Position numbers and translations under genes: made by a program. 20,726 nucleotides of DNA, taken from NCBI GenBank assembly GCA_965648935.1, contig CBFGIY010000040.1:169-20894 (forward strand), read 5' to 3'. The notes below the pieces were generated by a model. The model was not told where the DNA came from. It made no database searches and saw only the letters and a list, made by a program, of their open reading frames with translations. Positions within the stretch are counted from its first letter, which is position 1. Each line of letters begins with the position of its first letter. Shown one piece after another: positions 1-8,900 of the stretch. The DNA comes from a candidate division WOR-3 bacterium (GTDB lineage: Bacteria; Hydrothermota; Tepidihabitantia; Tepidihabitantales; Tepidihabitantaceae).

Positions 1-143
1 GTTCTCGGCCGATTGGAGAAATCCCTCTCCCGGCCCGGCCCGAAGATACGGCAAGGGATTCCTCCACTCCGCTTCGCTCCGGTCGGAATGACGAAGAGGG
101 TCATTTCGACGGAGGCCGTTCTCGGGCGATTGGAGAAATCCCT
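1..143. repeat. Cluster of REP-like palindromic repeats (partial B unit 1-26, A unit 54-93, B unit 100-143)
   Basis: 48-103 is identical over 56 nt to 1705-1760. The A unit read on the minus strand is CGTCATTCCGACCGGAGCGAAGCGGAGTGGAGGAATCCCT. The B unit GTCATTTCGAC...GGAGAAATCCCT is a related sequence in the opposite orientation. Confidence 0.85.
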
Positions 144-162
144 TTCCCTCCGGCGCCCGGCT

Positions 163-191
163 TTGACTTGAGCGCGCATGTCGGCTAACAT
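163..191 (+). promoter_or_regulatory. Putative sigma70 promoter of alr
   Basis: TTGACT (163-168), 17-nt spacer, TAACAT (186-191). The ATG is at 200. Confidence 0.65.
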
Positions 192-199
192 CGCCCGGT

Positions 200-1360
200 A
201 TGCACTACGGCCGGGTCTGGGCCGAGATAGACCTCGACGCGCTCGCCGCCAACCTCGCGGCGGTGCGCGCCGCGGTCGGCGGCCGGCGGATACTGCTCGC
301 CATCAAGGCCGACGCCTATGGCCACGGCCTGCGCGATGTCGGCGCGGCCGCGTCCGCGCTTGTCGACTGGTTCGGCGTGGCCTCGGTCGAAGAAGGCGCG
401 GCCCTGCGCCTCGCCGGGGTGAAGACGCCGGTACTCGTGCTCTCGCCCATCCCCTATGGCGAGATACCCGGCCTCTTCGAACACGACCTCACCCCTTCGG
501 TGACCGAGCCGGAGTTTGCCCGCCTGCTCTCGGCCGAGGCGGCCCGCCGCGCGCGGACAATCGGTTTCCACGTCGAGGTCGACACCGGCATGGGCCGCAC
601 CGGCGTGGACTGCGCCCGCGCTTTCGGCTTCATCACCGGCACCGCCCACCTGCCCGGCCTGCGGCTTTTGGGCATCTTCACCCACTTCCCGGCCGCAGAC
701 TCCGATCTTCAATTCTCCCTGCGCCAGCTTGATGACTACCGCGCCCTGCTCGAACGACTGCGCACCGCCGGCCTCACCCAATTTCTAGCCCACACGGCCA
801 ACTCACCGGGGATATTGAATATAGCCGACTCAGTCTTCGATATGGTGCGCCCCGGCCTGCTTGCATACGGTATCCTGCCTGACTCTTACGCGGCAGGCCG
901 GCCTTCGCCTGTCGCGGTCAGGCCGGTGATGCGCCTGCGCTCGCGCATCGTCAACCTGCGCGAGATTCCTTCGGGCCGGTCGGTTTCCTACGAACGCGCG
1001 TGGTTCACCCGGCGCGACTCGCGCATCGCGGTCATCACCGCCGGGTACGGCGACGGCTTTCCGTGGTCGATGCGCGGCGGCGGATTCGCGCTCCTGCACG
1101 GCCGCCGCGCCCCGATTGCCGGCAACGTCTGCATGGACCTGACGATGCTCGACGTTACCGACATCCCCGAGGCGGCGATTGACGACCGTGTCACCCTGCT
1201 CGGGAAGGACGGCGACGAGACCATCACGGCCAACGAGCTGGCGGCCCGCGCCGGCACCATCCCCTACGAAGTCATCTGCCGCGTGTCCCCGCGCGTGCCG
1301 CGGGTCTATCTGCGCGGCGGCAAAGTTGTCAAGGTCCGCAACCTCCTGAACACGGAATGA
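200..1360 (+). CDS. alr: Alanine racemase (PLP-dependent)
   Basis: 386 aa. Motifs AIKADAYGHG (PLP Lys36), VDTGMGRTG, FTHF, ANS, MVRPGL, VSY (catalytic Tyr), GYGDG, GNVCMD and TIPYE. Confidence 0.97.
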   Translation: MHYGRVWAEIDLDALAANLAAVRAAVGGRRILLAIKADAYGHGLRDVGAAASALVDWFGVASVEEGAALRLAGVKTPVLVLSPIPYGEIPGLFEHDLTPSVTEPEFARLLSAEAARRARTIGFHVEVDTGMGRTGVDCARAFGFITGTAHLPGLRLLGIFTHFPAADSDLQFSLRQLDDYRALLERLRTAGLTQFLAHTANSPGILNIADSVFDMVRPGLLAYGILPDSYAAGRPSPVAVRPVMRLRSRIVNLREIPSGRSVSYERAWFTRRDSRIAVITAGYGDGFPWSMRGGGFALLHGRRAPIAGNVCMDLTMLDVTDIPEAAIDDRVTLLGKDGDETITANELAARAGTIPYEVICRVSPRVPRVYLRGGKVVKVRNLLNTE

Positions 1361-1683
1361 CGGATACACAGAACGCTCAATTGCCCGAGCCCGGACTGCC
1401 CTCACTGCTCCTCAGCCTCGCATCGGCCGCGCTCGCCTACCTCGGCCACGAGGTCATACCCGGCGGCCAGAAGCCAGAGGTCAGTTTGCCTGCGGCAAAG
1501 CACGTCATCGACACCATCGCGATGCTGGAGCGCAAAACCGAGGGCAACCGCACCGAGGACGAAACCCGGCTGTTTGAAGAAGTGCTCTACGAACTGCGCC
1601 TGCAGTATGTGAAAGCCGGGGGCGGCCAGGCCGAAACGCCGAAGTCGCGGCTCATCATCGACCCGTCCAACCCGGACCGCTAG
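1357..1683 (+). CDS. DUF1844 family protein
   Basis: 108 aa with the pattern LLLSLASAALAYLG...AKHVIDTIAMLERKTEGNRTEDETRLFEEVLYELRLQYV, typical of DUF1844. ATGA overlap with the alr stop suggests translational coupling. Confidence 0.85.
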   Translation: MTDTQNAQLPEPGLPSLLLSLASAALAYLGHEVIPGGQKPEVSLPAAKHVIDTIAMLERKTEGNRTEDETRLFEEVLYELRLQYVKAGGGQAETPKSRLIIDPSNPDR

Positions 1684-1704
1684 GCGGCTCTCCGGTCCGG
1701 GCAG

Positions 1705-1882
1705 ACGGCAAGGGATTCCTCCACTCCGCTTCGCTCCGGTCGGAATGACGAAGAGGGTCAGTTCGACCAGGGCGACGCCCGGCCGCGCCTGCCCACCGTC
1801 ATTTCGCCGGAGGCCGTCCTCGGCCGCTCCCCTCTGTCATTTCGACCAAGGCGGTTCTCCGCCGCGTGGAGAAACCCCTCTC
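1705..1882. repeat. REP-like repeat cluster (A unit 1711-1750, degenerate B starts near 1757 and 1798, B unit 1836-1882)
   Basis: Same A and B units as at 1-143 and 16409-16528. Confidence 0.85.
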
Positions 1883-1939
1883 CGCCCCGCCCCAGAACCG
1901 CCCCGAGTCCATCGAAATTGCCGATGCCCCAATTCCCGC

Positions 1940-1967
1940 TTGACAGCAAACGCAGAAAGTCTACCAT
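1940..1967 (+). promoter_or_regulatory. Putative sigma70 promoter of the subtilase/beta-helix gene pair
   Basis: TTGACA (1940-1945), 16-nt spacer, TACCAT (1962-1967). Confidence 0.55.
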
Positions 1968-1973
1968 TTTAGC

Positions 1974-2125
1974 CAGGTCGGCAGGTTACATCCCGAACCG
2001 CAAATAAGGAAGAGAGGTGTTGCGACGCGCCCTGCGCCGCAGGGCAGTCCACAACACGCGAGACTGCTGAAACCTGCCGCCTGAGTAAGGCCGGAAACCT
2101 GGGCCCAGAGAGCCTGTGACGGCTC
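1974..2125 (+). ncRNA. Candidate structured 5' leader (cis-regulatory RNA), family not recognised
   Basis: 1974-1987 pairs with 2071-2083 (13 bp, one bulge). Inner stems are 2017-2022/2052-2057 and 2029-2035/2039-2045. A GAGCC/GGCTC hairpin lies just before the RBS. Confidence 0.4.
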
Positions 2126-2145
2126 AAATGCAAGGAGGCTGCCTG

Positions 2146-5100
2146 ATGAAGTGGCTGTTATCAGTCACCGCATTGCTGGTACTCGCGGGCGGCGCGCTCG
2201 GCGCCCCGCTCGTCGACCCGCAGTTGCAGTCGATTCTCGCCGCCGAGGACGACGACGCATACATTCCCGTTACCATCGTACTGAACAACCAGTTCGACAA
2301 TCAACTGCTCACCTCGATGGTCGAGGGCCTGCCCAAGCCGGCGCGCCGGGCGCGCGTCGCGCGCATACTCGACGACTTCGCGCAGGCCGAGCAGCGCGAA
2401 CTGCTTGGCTGGCTTGCCGACCGCAAGGCCGCGGGCGATGTGAACGGCTACCTGTCGCTCTGGATAATCAACGCGGTTGCCTGCGGCGCCAAGCGCTCGG
2501 CCATCCGCGAGCTTGCCGAGCGCGACGACATCGGCATCCTCGCCTATGCCAAGGTCGCGGCCGAGGTTCCGGCGATAAACGTCGGCGACATTGTCCAGCC
2601 TGACGTCACCGCCTCGGTCCAGCCCAACATCGCGCTCATCAACGCGCGCGGCGCCTGGGCTCAGGGCTACACCGGTCAGGGCGTGGTCATCGGCGTGGTG
2701 GACACCGGCGTCCGCTACACCCATATGGACCTGCGCGACCACCTCTGGCAGGCGATTGACACCACCCGCGAATACGGGTTCCCCAACTGCGGCTTCAACT
2801 TCGCCAACCGCGACTCCAACTGGTTCGGCCACGCCGGCCCGTCAAGCTACGACATCTGGACCCCGCTCGACTTCTACGGCCACGGCACCCATTGTGCCGG
2901 TCTGGCCACGGCTGACGGCGCCTATGGCAACGGCACGCGCGACACGATGGGCGTTGCCCCGAGCGCGAAGATAATGTCCCTGCCGGTGGACGTCTATCTG
3001 CACTCGCCCTATCCCGACACCGTGCTGGACAACTCGATGTGGGCCGGGATGCAGTTCTGCGTCCGGCCGTTCCGGCCAAGCAGGCCTCTTGGCCCGGATA
3101 CGCTCAACGGCGCCGACCTCATCACGATGTCGCTCGGCCTCATCACGAGCTGGCTGCCGCGCTACGCGATGCACCGCGTGGTCGAGGAGAACATCCTTGC
3201 CGCCGGCATCGTGCATATGGTCGCGGCCGGCAACGAAGCCACCGCGGGCATCCGCACCCCGGGCAACTGCCCGCCGCCCTGGCCCAACCCGGTCAACGGC
3301 ACGCCCCATCCCACCCGTGGCCGCACTGCGGTCATCACGGTCGGCGCGACCGACAACTCCGACAACATCGCCAGCTTCTCTTCGCGCGGCCCGTCGAAAA
3401 TCTGGGATACCGTACCGGGGTACATGGACTTCCCTCCACCCACTTATCTGATGGACCCGGACATCTGCGCCCCGGGCTACAACGTCTTGTCGACCTACTA
3501 CTCCCACGACCAGTCCTACACCACCATGTCCGGCACCTCGATGGCAACGCCGACCGCGGCCGGCGCGGTCGCGCTGATGCTGTCCAAGAACCCGATGCTC
3601 ACCCCGCGGATGATCGACTCGATTCTCGAGCTGCACTCGGTGGTTGACCTCGGCACGCCCGGCAAGGACAACACCTTCGGCGCGGGCCGCATCAACTGCT
3701 CGCTGGCCGTGGCCCGCACCCCGACCCCGCACGACGTCGGCGTCATCCGCATCAACGCGCCGCTGGCGGGCAACTACGACTCGCTTGCGACCGCCAGTCC
3801 TTCGGCGTGGGTGAAGAACTTCCACACCGACCCGTCGCCGCCGTTCAAGGTGCGCTTCCGCATCGGCACCTGGTACGAGGACTCGGCCTCGGTCGGTTCG
3901 CTCGGTGTCGGCGAGTCCGCCTATGTCAGCTTCGGCCAGTGGACCGCGCTCGAACGCGGCGTGCTCGCCGTGAAGTGCTCGACCGAACTGCCCTTTGACG
4001 GCGCGCCCTGGAACGACAAGGTCCAGCACAACCTGACCGTAATCGTCCACGATGCCGGCGCCGGCACGATAACGATGCCATCGGGCACGGTTGACTCGGC
4101 CTCGACCATCACCCCGAGAGTCATCATTCACAACTACGGCACCGCGACCGAGAACATCACCGCCCGTCTGCGCATCGGCACCTACAACCAGACCGCGACC
4201 GCGACCGGCGTGGCCGGCGGCGACTCGGTGGAACTGGCCTTCCCGCAGTGGCAGGTCAACCTGCGCGGCAACCAGACCCCGGTCTGCTCGACCGAGCTGG
4301 CGACCGATGTCTATCCGGGCAACAACCGCAACGAGGGCGCGTTCTTCGGCCGGGTCCACGACGCGGCCGCGGCCGCGGTCCTCGCGCCGCGCGGCCGGGT
4401 GAATCCCAACGCCGTCATCAACCCGCAGGTGCGCGTGCGCAACGTCGGCACCGACATCATCGGGGTCTGCGATGTCCGCTTCGAGATCGCGACCGGCTAC
4501 GCTTTCACGGTAACGGTGTACGACCTCGCGGCCGAGACCGACACGGTTGTCGAGTTCGCGCCGTGGGTCGCCGGCCCGTCCGGCACTTGGCAGACCACTG
4601 CCCGCGTGACCACAGCCGGCGATATGAACCCGAACAACAACGTCCGCCTCGACTCGGTCACGGTCGGCGACCCGGTGCCGCCGGGCTGGAGCGAGGTGCC
4701 GGCGCCCGTGCCGCTCACCCCTTCGGGCAAGGCGCTGAAGGACGGCGCGTGGCTGACCTTCGACCCGATGACCTCGACCTTCTTCGCGGCCAAGGGCAAC
4801 AAGACCGGCGACTTCTACCAGTACGACCCCGCCGCCTTCGCGTGGGCGTCGAAGCCGGCCATCCCCAGCGGCACCGAGGCCAAGCCGCCCCACAAGGGCT
4901 CGGTCGGCATCGCCGACGGTCAGGGCTTCATCTACGCGGTGAAGGGCAACAACACGACCGGCTTCTGGAAGTACAGCATCGCCGACAGCGCCTGGACCCA
5001 GCTTGCCGACATCCCGCTCGGGCTCTCGAACAAGCGGGTCAAGGCCGGCTCCGACCTCGCCTACGTTGACGACGGCGAGAGCACCTGGGTCTACCTGCTC

Positions 5101-5922
5101 AAGGGCGGCAAGACCGAGTTCTACCGCTACAATACCGCATCGGGCGCGTGGTACGCGCTGGCCGACGCGCCGGCCGGGGCCAGGCCGAAATGGGACAAGG
5201 GCTCCTGGCTCGTCTACAACTCGGCCGAGCGCAGGCTCTATGCCCACAAGGGCAAGTACCACGAGCTCTACGCGTTCTCAATCGACTCGCTCGCCTGGGG
5301 CCCGCAGATGACCGGGATGCCCGTGGCCAACCAGCAGACCGGCAAGAACAAGAAGGCCAAGGACGGCTCGGACGGCGTGCTCTTCGGCGCCGCGATATAC
5401 GCGCTGAAGGGCGGCAACACCGCCGAGTTCTACTCCTGGGACATCGCGGCCCAGACCTGGACCGAGCAGGCACTGATGCCCGAAATCGGTTCCACCGGCA
5501 AGAAGAAGCGGGTCAAGGCCGGCGGCAGCCTCGCGACCGACGGCGAGGCCATCTACGCTTTCAAGGGAAACAAGATAAACGAGTTCTGGGTCTACACGAT
5601 GGGCGGCATCGCCGCCGCCCCGGCCCCGCGGCGCGACGGCGTCCAGCTCTCGCCCGCGACGCCGGCCGCGCACGGCTTCGCGATAAGGCCCAACCCGCTG
5701 CAGGGCGGACGCGCCACGGTCAGCTACTCGCTGCCCGCGGCCGGCCCGCTCATTGTCCGCGTGTACGACGCCACCGGCCGCGAGCTGGTGAGCAGTCAGA
5801 AGATAGCCGGACGCACCGGCGCGGTCAGCCTCGACCTGCGCCGGCTCGCCGCCGGCATTTACCTCGTGCGGCTCGAGGCCGCCGGGTTCAGCTCCACAAG
5901 CAAGCTCGTCGTCGAGCGCTAA
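2146..5922 (+). CDS. Secreted S8 (subtilisin-like) serine peptidase with propeptide, three CARDB/Ig-like domains, Lys-rich beta-propeller and T9SS type A CTD
   Basis: Start moved to ATG 2146 (AAGGAGG at 2132-2138; signal peptide MKWLLSV...ALGA). Catalytic motifs VVDTG, HGTHCAG, AAGNE and GTSMATP. HDxG/A repeats mark the CARDB-like domains. C-terminus reads PNP...VYDATGR...GIYLVRL...KLVVER. Confidence 0.93.
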   Translation: MKWLLSVTALLVLAGGALGAPLVDPQLQSILAAEDDDAYIPVTIVLNNQFDNQLLTSMVEGLPKPARRARVARILDDFAQAEQRELLGWLADRKAAGDVNGYLSLWIINAVACGAKRSAIRELAERDDIGILAYAKVAAEVPAINVGDIVQPDVTASVQPNIALINARGAWAQGYTGQGVVIGVVDTGVRYTHMDLRDHLWQAIDTTREYGFPNCGFNFANRDSNWFGHAGPSSYDIWTPLDFYGHGTHCAGLATADGAYGNGTRDTMGVAPSAKIMSLPVDVYLHSPYPDTVLDNSMWAGMQFCVRPFRPSRPLGPDTLNGADLITMSLGLITSWLPRYAMHRVVEENILAAGIVHMVAAGNEATAGIRTPGNCPPPWPNPVNGTPHPTRGRTAVITVGATDNSDNIASFSSRGPSKIWDTVPGYMDFPPPTYLMDPDICAPGYNVLSTYYSHDQSYTTMSGTSMATPTAAGAVALMLSKNPMLTPRMIDSILELHSVVDLGTPGKDNTFGAGRINCSLAVARTPTPHDVGVIRINAPLAGNYDSLATASPSAWVKNFHTDPSPPFKVRFRIGTWYEDSASVGSLGVGESAYVSFGQWTALERGVLAVKCSTELPFDGAPWNDKVQHNLTVIVHDAGAGTITMPSGTVDSASTITPRVIIHNYGTATENITARLRIGTYNQTATATGVAGGDSVELAFPQWQVNLRGNQTPVCSTELATDVYPGNNRNEGAFFGRVHDAAAAAVLAPRGRVNPNAVINPQVRVRNVGTDIIGVCDVRFEIATGYAFTVTVYDLAAETDTVVEFAPWVAGPSGTWQTTARVTTAGDMNPNNNVRLDSVTVGDPVPPGWSEVPAPVPLTPSGKALKDGAWLTFDPMTSTFFAAKGNKTGDFYQYDPAAFAWASKPAIPSGTEAKPPHKGSVGIADGQGFIYAVKGNNTTGFWKYSIADSAWTQLADIPLGLSNKRVKAGSDLAYVDDGESTWVYLLKGGKTEFYRYNTASGAWYALADAPAGARPKWDKGSWLVYNSAERRLYAHKGKYHELYAFSIDSLAWGPQMTGMPVANQQTGKNKKAKDGSDGVLFGAAIYALKGGNTAEFYSWDIAAQTWTEQALMPEIGSTGKKKRVKAGGSLATDGEAIYAFKGNKINEFWVYTMGGIAAAPAPRRDGVQLSPATPAAHGFAIRPNPLQGGRATVSYSLPAAGPLIVRVYDATGRELVSSQKIAGRTGAVSLDLRRLAAGIYLVRLEAAGFSSTSKLVVER

Positions 5923-5944
5923 ACCAAAGGAGAGAGGCAGAGAA

Positions 5945-8900
5945 ATGAGGCAAACAGCAACGCTGTTAGTCCTGCTGATGCTGGCCGGCATCGCCGCCGC
6001 CCAGCCGATGAGCGGGACCTACACGGTCAAGCCGGACGGCTCCGGCAACTTCCTGACCGTGATGGCCGCGGGCGACGCGGTCCGCACGCGCGGCGTCGTC
6101 GGCCCGGTCATCATCGACATCTACTCGGGAATCTACCAGCAGACGTCCTACGTCAACCTGAGCACGGTTCCCGGGGCGGACTCGGTGCCCATCACGTTCC
6201 GCGCCGCCACCGGCCAGGACGTGACCATCCAGTCCACTTCTTACGCCTTCTACGGCTACAACACGAACAACATCCGCATCGAGGGCCTGCGCCTGGTCAC
6301 CAACAGCTACGGCATCTACATGAGCGGCTGTGACTACTGGCAGGTCGTGCGCAACGTCATCCGCTCGAGCAGCTACCCCATCTACTTCACCTACATCAGC
6401 GGCACGCCCAACAACACCTGCGACTACAACCTGTTTGAGCGCAACGACATCCGCACCACGACCTCCTACGCCGTCTTCTTCAGCGGCACCACCACCGCGC
6501 TGCACAACAACAACCGCTTCATCAACAACCTCATCTACGGCTGGACCTCCTACGGCATCTACGCCTACTACAACTCCAACACCGCCTGGTATTACAACAC
6601 CGTGCTCGGCTCCGGCACCTACGCATACTACGCCTACTACGCGACCGGCGACACCTTCGTCAACAACATCTTCTCCGCGTTCTACCCGATGTACCGCACG
6701 ACCGGGTCGAGCAACTACCCGGCCGCGTCCAACTACAACTGCTGGTTCCCGCACAGCGGTTCCACGACGCCATTCTACAACCCGACCTACGGCTGGCAGA
6801 CCCTTGCCCAGTGGCAGACCAACTCCGGCGGGCTGGACATGAACTCCTTCACGACCAACCCGCAGACCGGCGGCGTGAACAACCCGCGCCTGCGGACCGG
6901 TTCGCCCTGCATCGACGCGGGCACGCCCATCTCGGGCATCACGCTTGACGTCGACGGCGACACCCGGCCGACCGGCTCAGGCGTGGACATCGGCGCGGAC
7001 GAGTACACCTCGGTCGGCGCGGCGATGAGCGGCACCTACTACATCAAGCGCGGCACCTACTCGGCCGACACCTTCCCGAGCTTCGAGATCGCCAACGGCC
7101 AGCTCGCACTACGCGGCCAGTCTGGCAACGTCACCTTCGAGGTCTTCGCCGGCACCTACAACGAGCAGGTCTGGATCGAGACCCCGACCCAGGCTCCCTA
7201 CTCGCTGACCTACCGCGCCCGTCAGGTCGGCGGCGTGAAGGACGACGTCATCGTCAGCCCCGGCTCTCAATACGGCTTCTACAACAATGGCGTCCGGCGC
7301 GTTTCCATCCGCGACTTCACCATCACCGGCTTCACTTCCTACGGCATCTACGTCAACAACAACGCCTCGGTCAGCCCCTGGCGCACCACCGACACGATGA
7401 CCATCGCCGGCAACACCATCTCCGGCCCGAACGGCATCTACATGTGGATCGCCAACGCGAACTCCCCCGGCCCGAGCGACGACTCCATCTACAACAACAT
7501 CATCAACGCCACCTCCTCCTACGGCATCTACATCTACGGCTCGTCGTCGTTCTACACCAACCGCTTCGCCATCTTCAACAACATCATCTCCGGGTTCACC
7601 TCCTACGGCATGTACCTCAACTACATGCGCGGCGCGAAGGTCTACTTCAACACAATCGTCAACTTCAACACCTCGGCCTCCTACGGCATCTACGTGGCCA
7701 ACAGCCAGTTCGGCAACGGCGGCGACTCTCTGCAAATCAAGGGCAACGTCCTGCTCAACAACTACACCTCGACCGGCGCCTACGCGATGTACTTCTCCGG
7801 CGGCACCATACGGCCCGAGGCGGTCAGCAACAACTGCCTCTGGGTGCCCAACAACTCGTCCGGATTCGTCGGATACAGCGGGTCGCACGGCGGCGCGCTG
7901 ACCTGGACCGCCTGGCAGACTGCCGGCTTCGATGTCGGCGGCCTCAACTCCAACCCGCAGGTCGGCGGCCCGTTGAACCCGCGTCTGAAGACCGGTTCGC
8001 CCTGCATCAACGCCGGCCCTGCCGGGCTCGGCATCGCCTTTGACGTCGACGGCGACGCCCGGCCCACCGGCCCCGCCACCGACATCGGCGCTGACGAGTA
8101 CACCTCGGTCGGCGCGCCGATGAGCGGCGTCTACACCATCAAGCAGGCCGGCGGCGGCGACTTCCGGTCGTTCCCCGAAGCATTCGGCGCGGTTCAGCTT
8201 CGCGGCTTCGGCGGCAACGTCCAGTTCGACGTCTACGACGGCACCTACACCGGCATCCCCGGCTCTTCGGCCGCCTTCAACTTCGAAGGCATCGGCAACG
8301 GGCCCTACTGGCTGACGGTGCGCGGCTATCCGGGCCAGACCGTGAACCTGCCCGGCACCGGCTACTCCTACGGCATCCGGCTCTACAACAGCAAGCGCAT
8401 CAGGCTTGAGAACCTGCGCATCTACGGCGCGAGCTCCTACGGCATCTACGCCACCTCGGCCTCGAGCGCCACAAACACGACCGACACCTGCGTCGTGCGC
8501 GGCAACGTCATCACCGCCCCGTACCCGATCTACTGGTACTACGGCAAGGATGACTCCATCATCGGCAACACGCTCAACGCCTCCTCCTCCTACGGCCTCT
8601 TCGTCTACGGCACCTCCGCGCCTTACGGCCTGCGCAACGTAATCGCCAACAACATGATCTCGGGCTGGACGAGCTACGGCATCTACCTCTACTACCAGGA
8701 CTATGCCGAGCTCTACAACAACACAGTCTCCAGCGCGAGCTCATCCAACTACACGGTCTACGGCCAGTACGTCACCAACCTGAAGATGAAGAACAACATC
8801 TTCTGGAACCGTACCGGCAGCTACGCGGTTGCGTTCTGGAACTCCTCATTCGCCGGCCTCGGCGCGTCGGACTACAACGACCTGTTCGCGGCCTCGATGG

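Noticed and set aside
1..1882. Repeats as a possible CRISPR array
   Set aside because: The units alternate in orientation, are few and irregularly spaced, and there are no unique uniform spacers or cas genes.
1745..1972. Short ORFs in the intergenic repeat regions (also 16409-16745)
   Set aside because: These are translations of REP-like repeats and promoter DNA, with no RBS or protein-like composition.
2005..2083. AAGAGAGGTG and AACCTGCC resemble parts of SAM-I, lysine or cobalamin riboswitches
   Set aside because: The other conserved core elements of those families are missing, so it is kept only as an unassigned structured leader.
2116..2145. Upstream starts from the ORF track (2116, 16667, 20020)
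   Set aside because: Downstream ATGs at 2146, 16739 and 20068 have proper RBS spacing and begin directly with signal or anchor sequences.
2842..5262. 806-aa minus-strand ORF and other long antisense or alternate-frame ORFs (e.g. 13537-14904, 14947-16608, 17726-19084, 10777-12108)
   Set aside because: These are shadows of GC-rich, strongly codon-biased plus-strand genes. They have no recognisable motifs and overlap well-supported CDSs.
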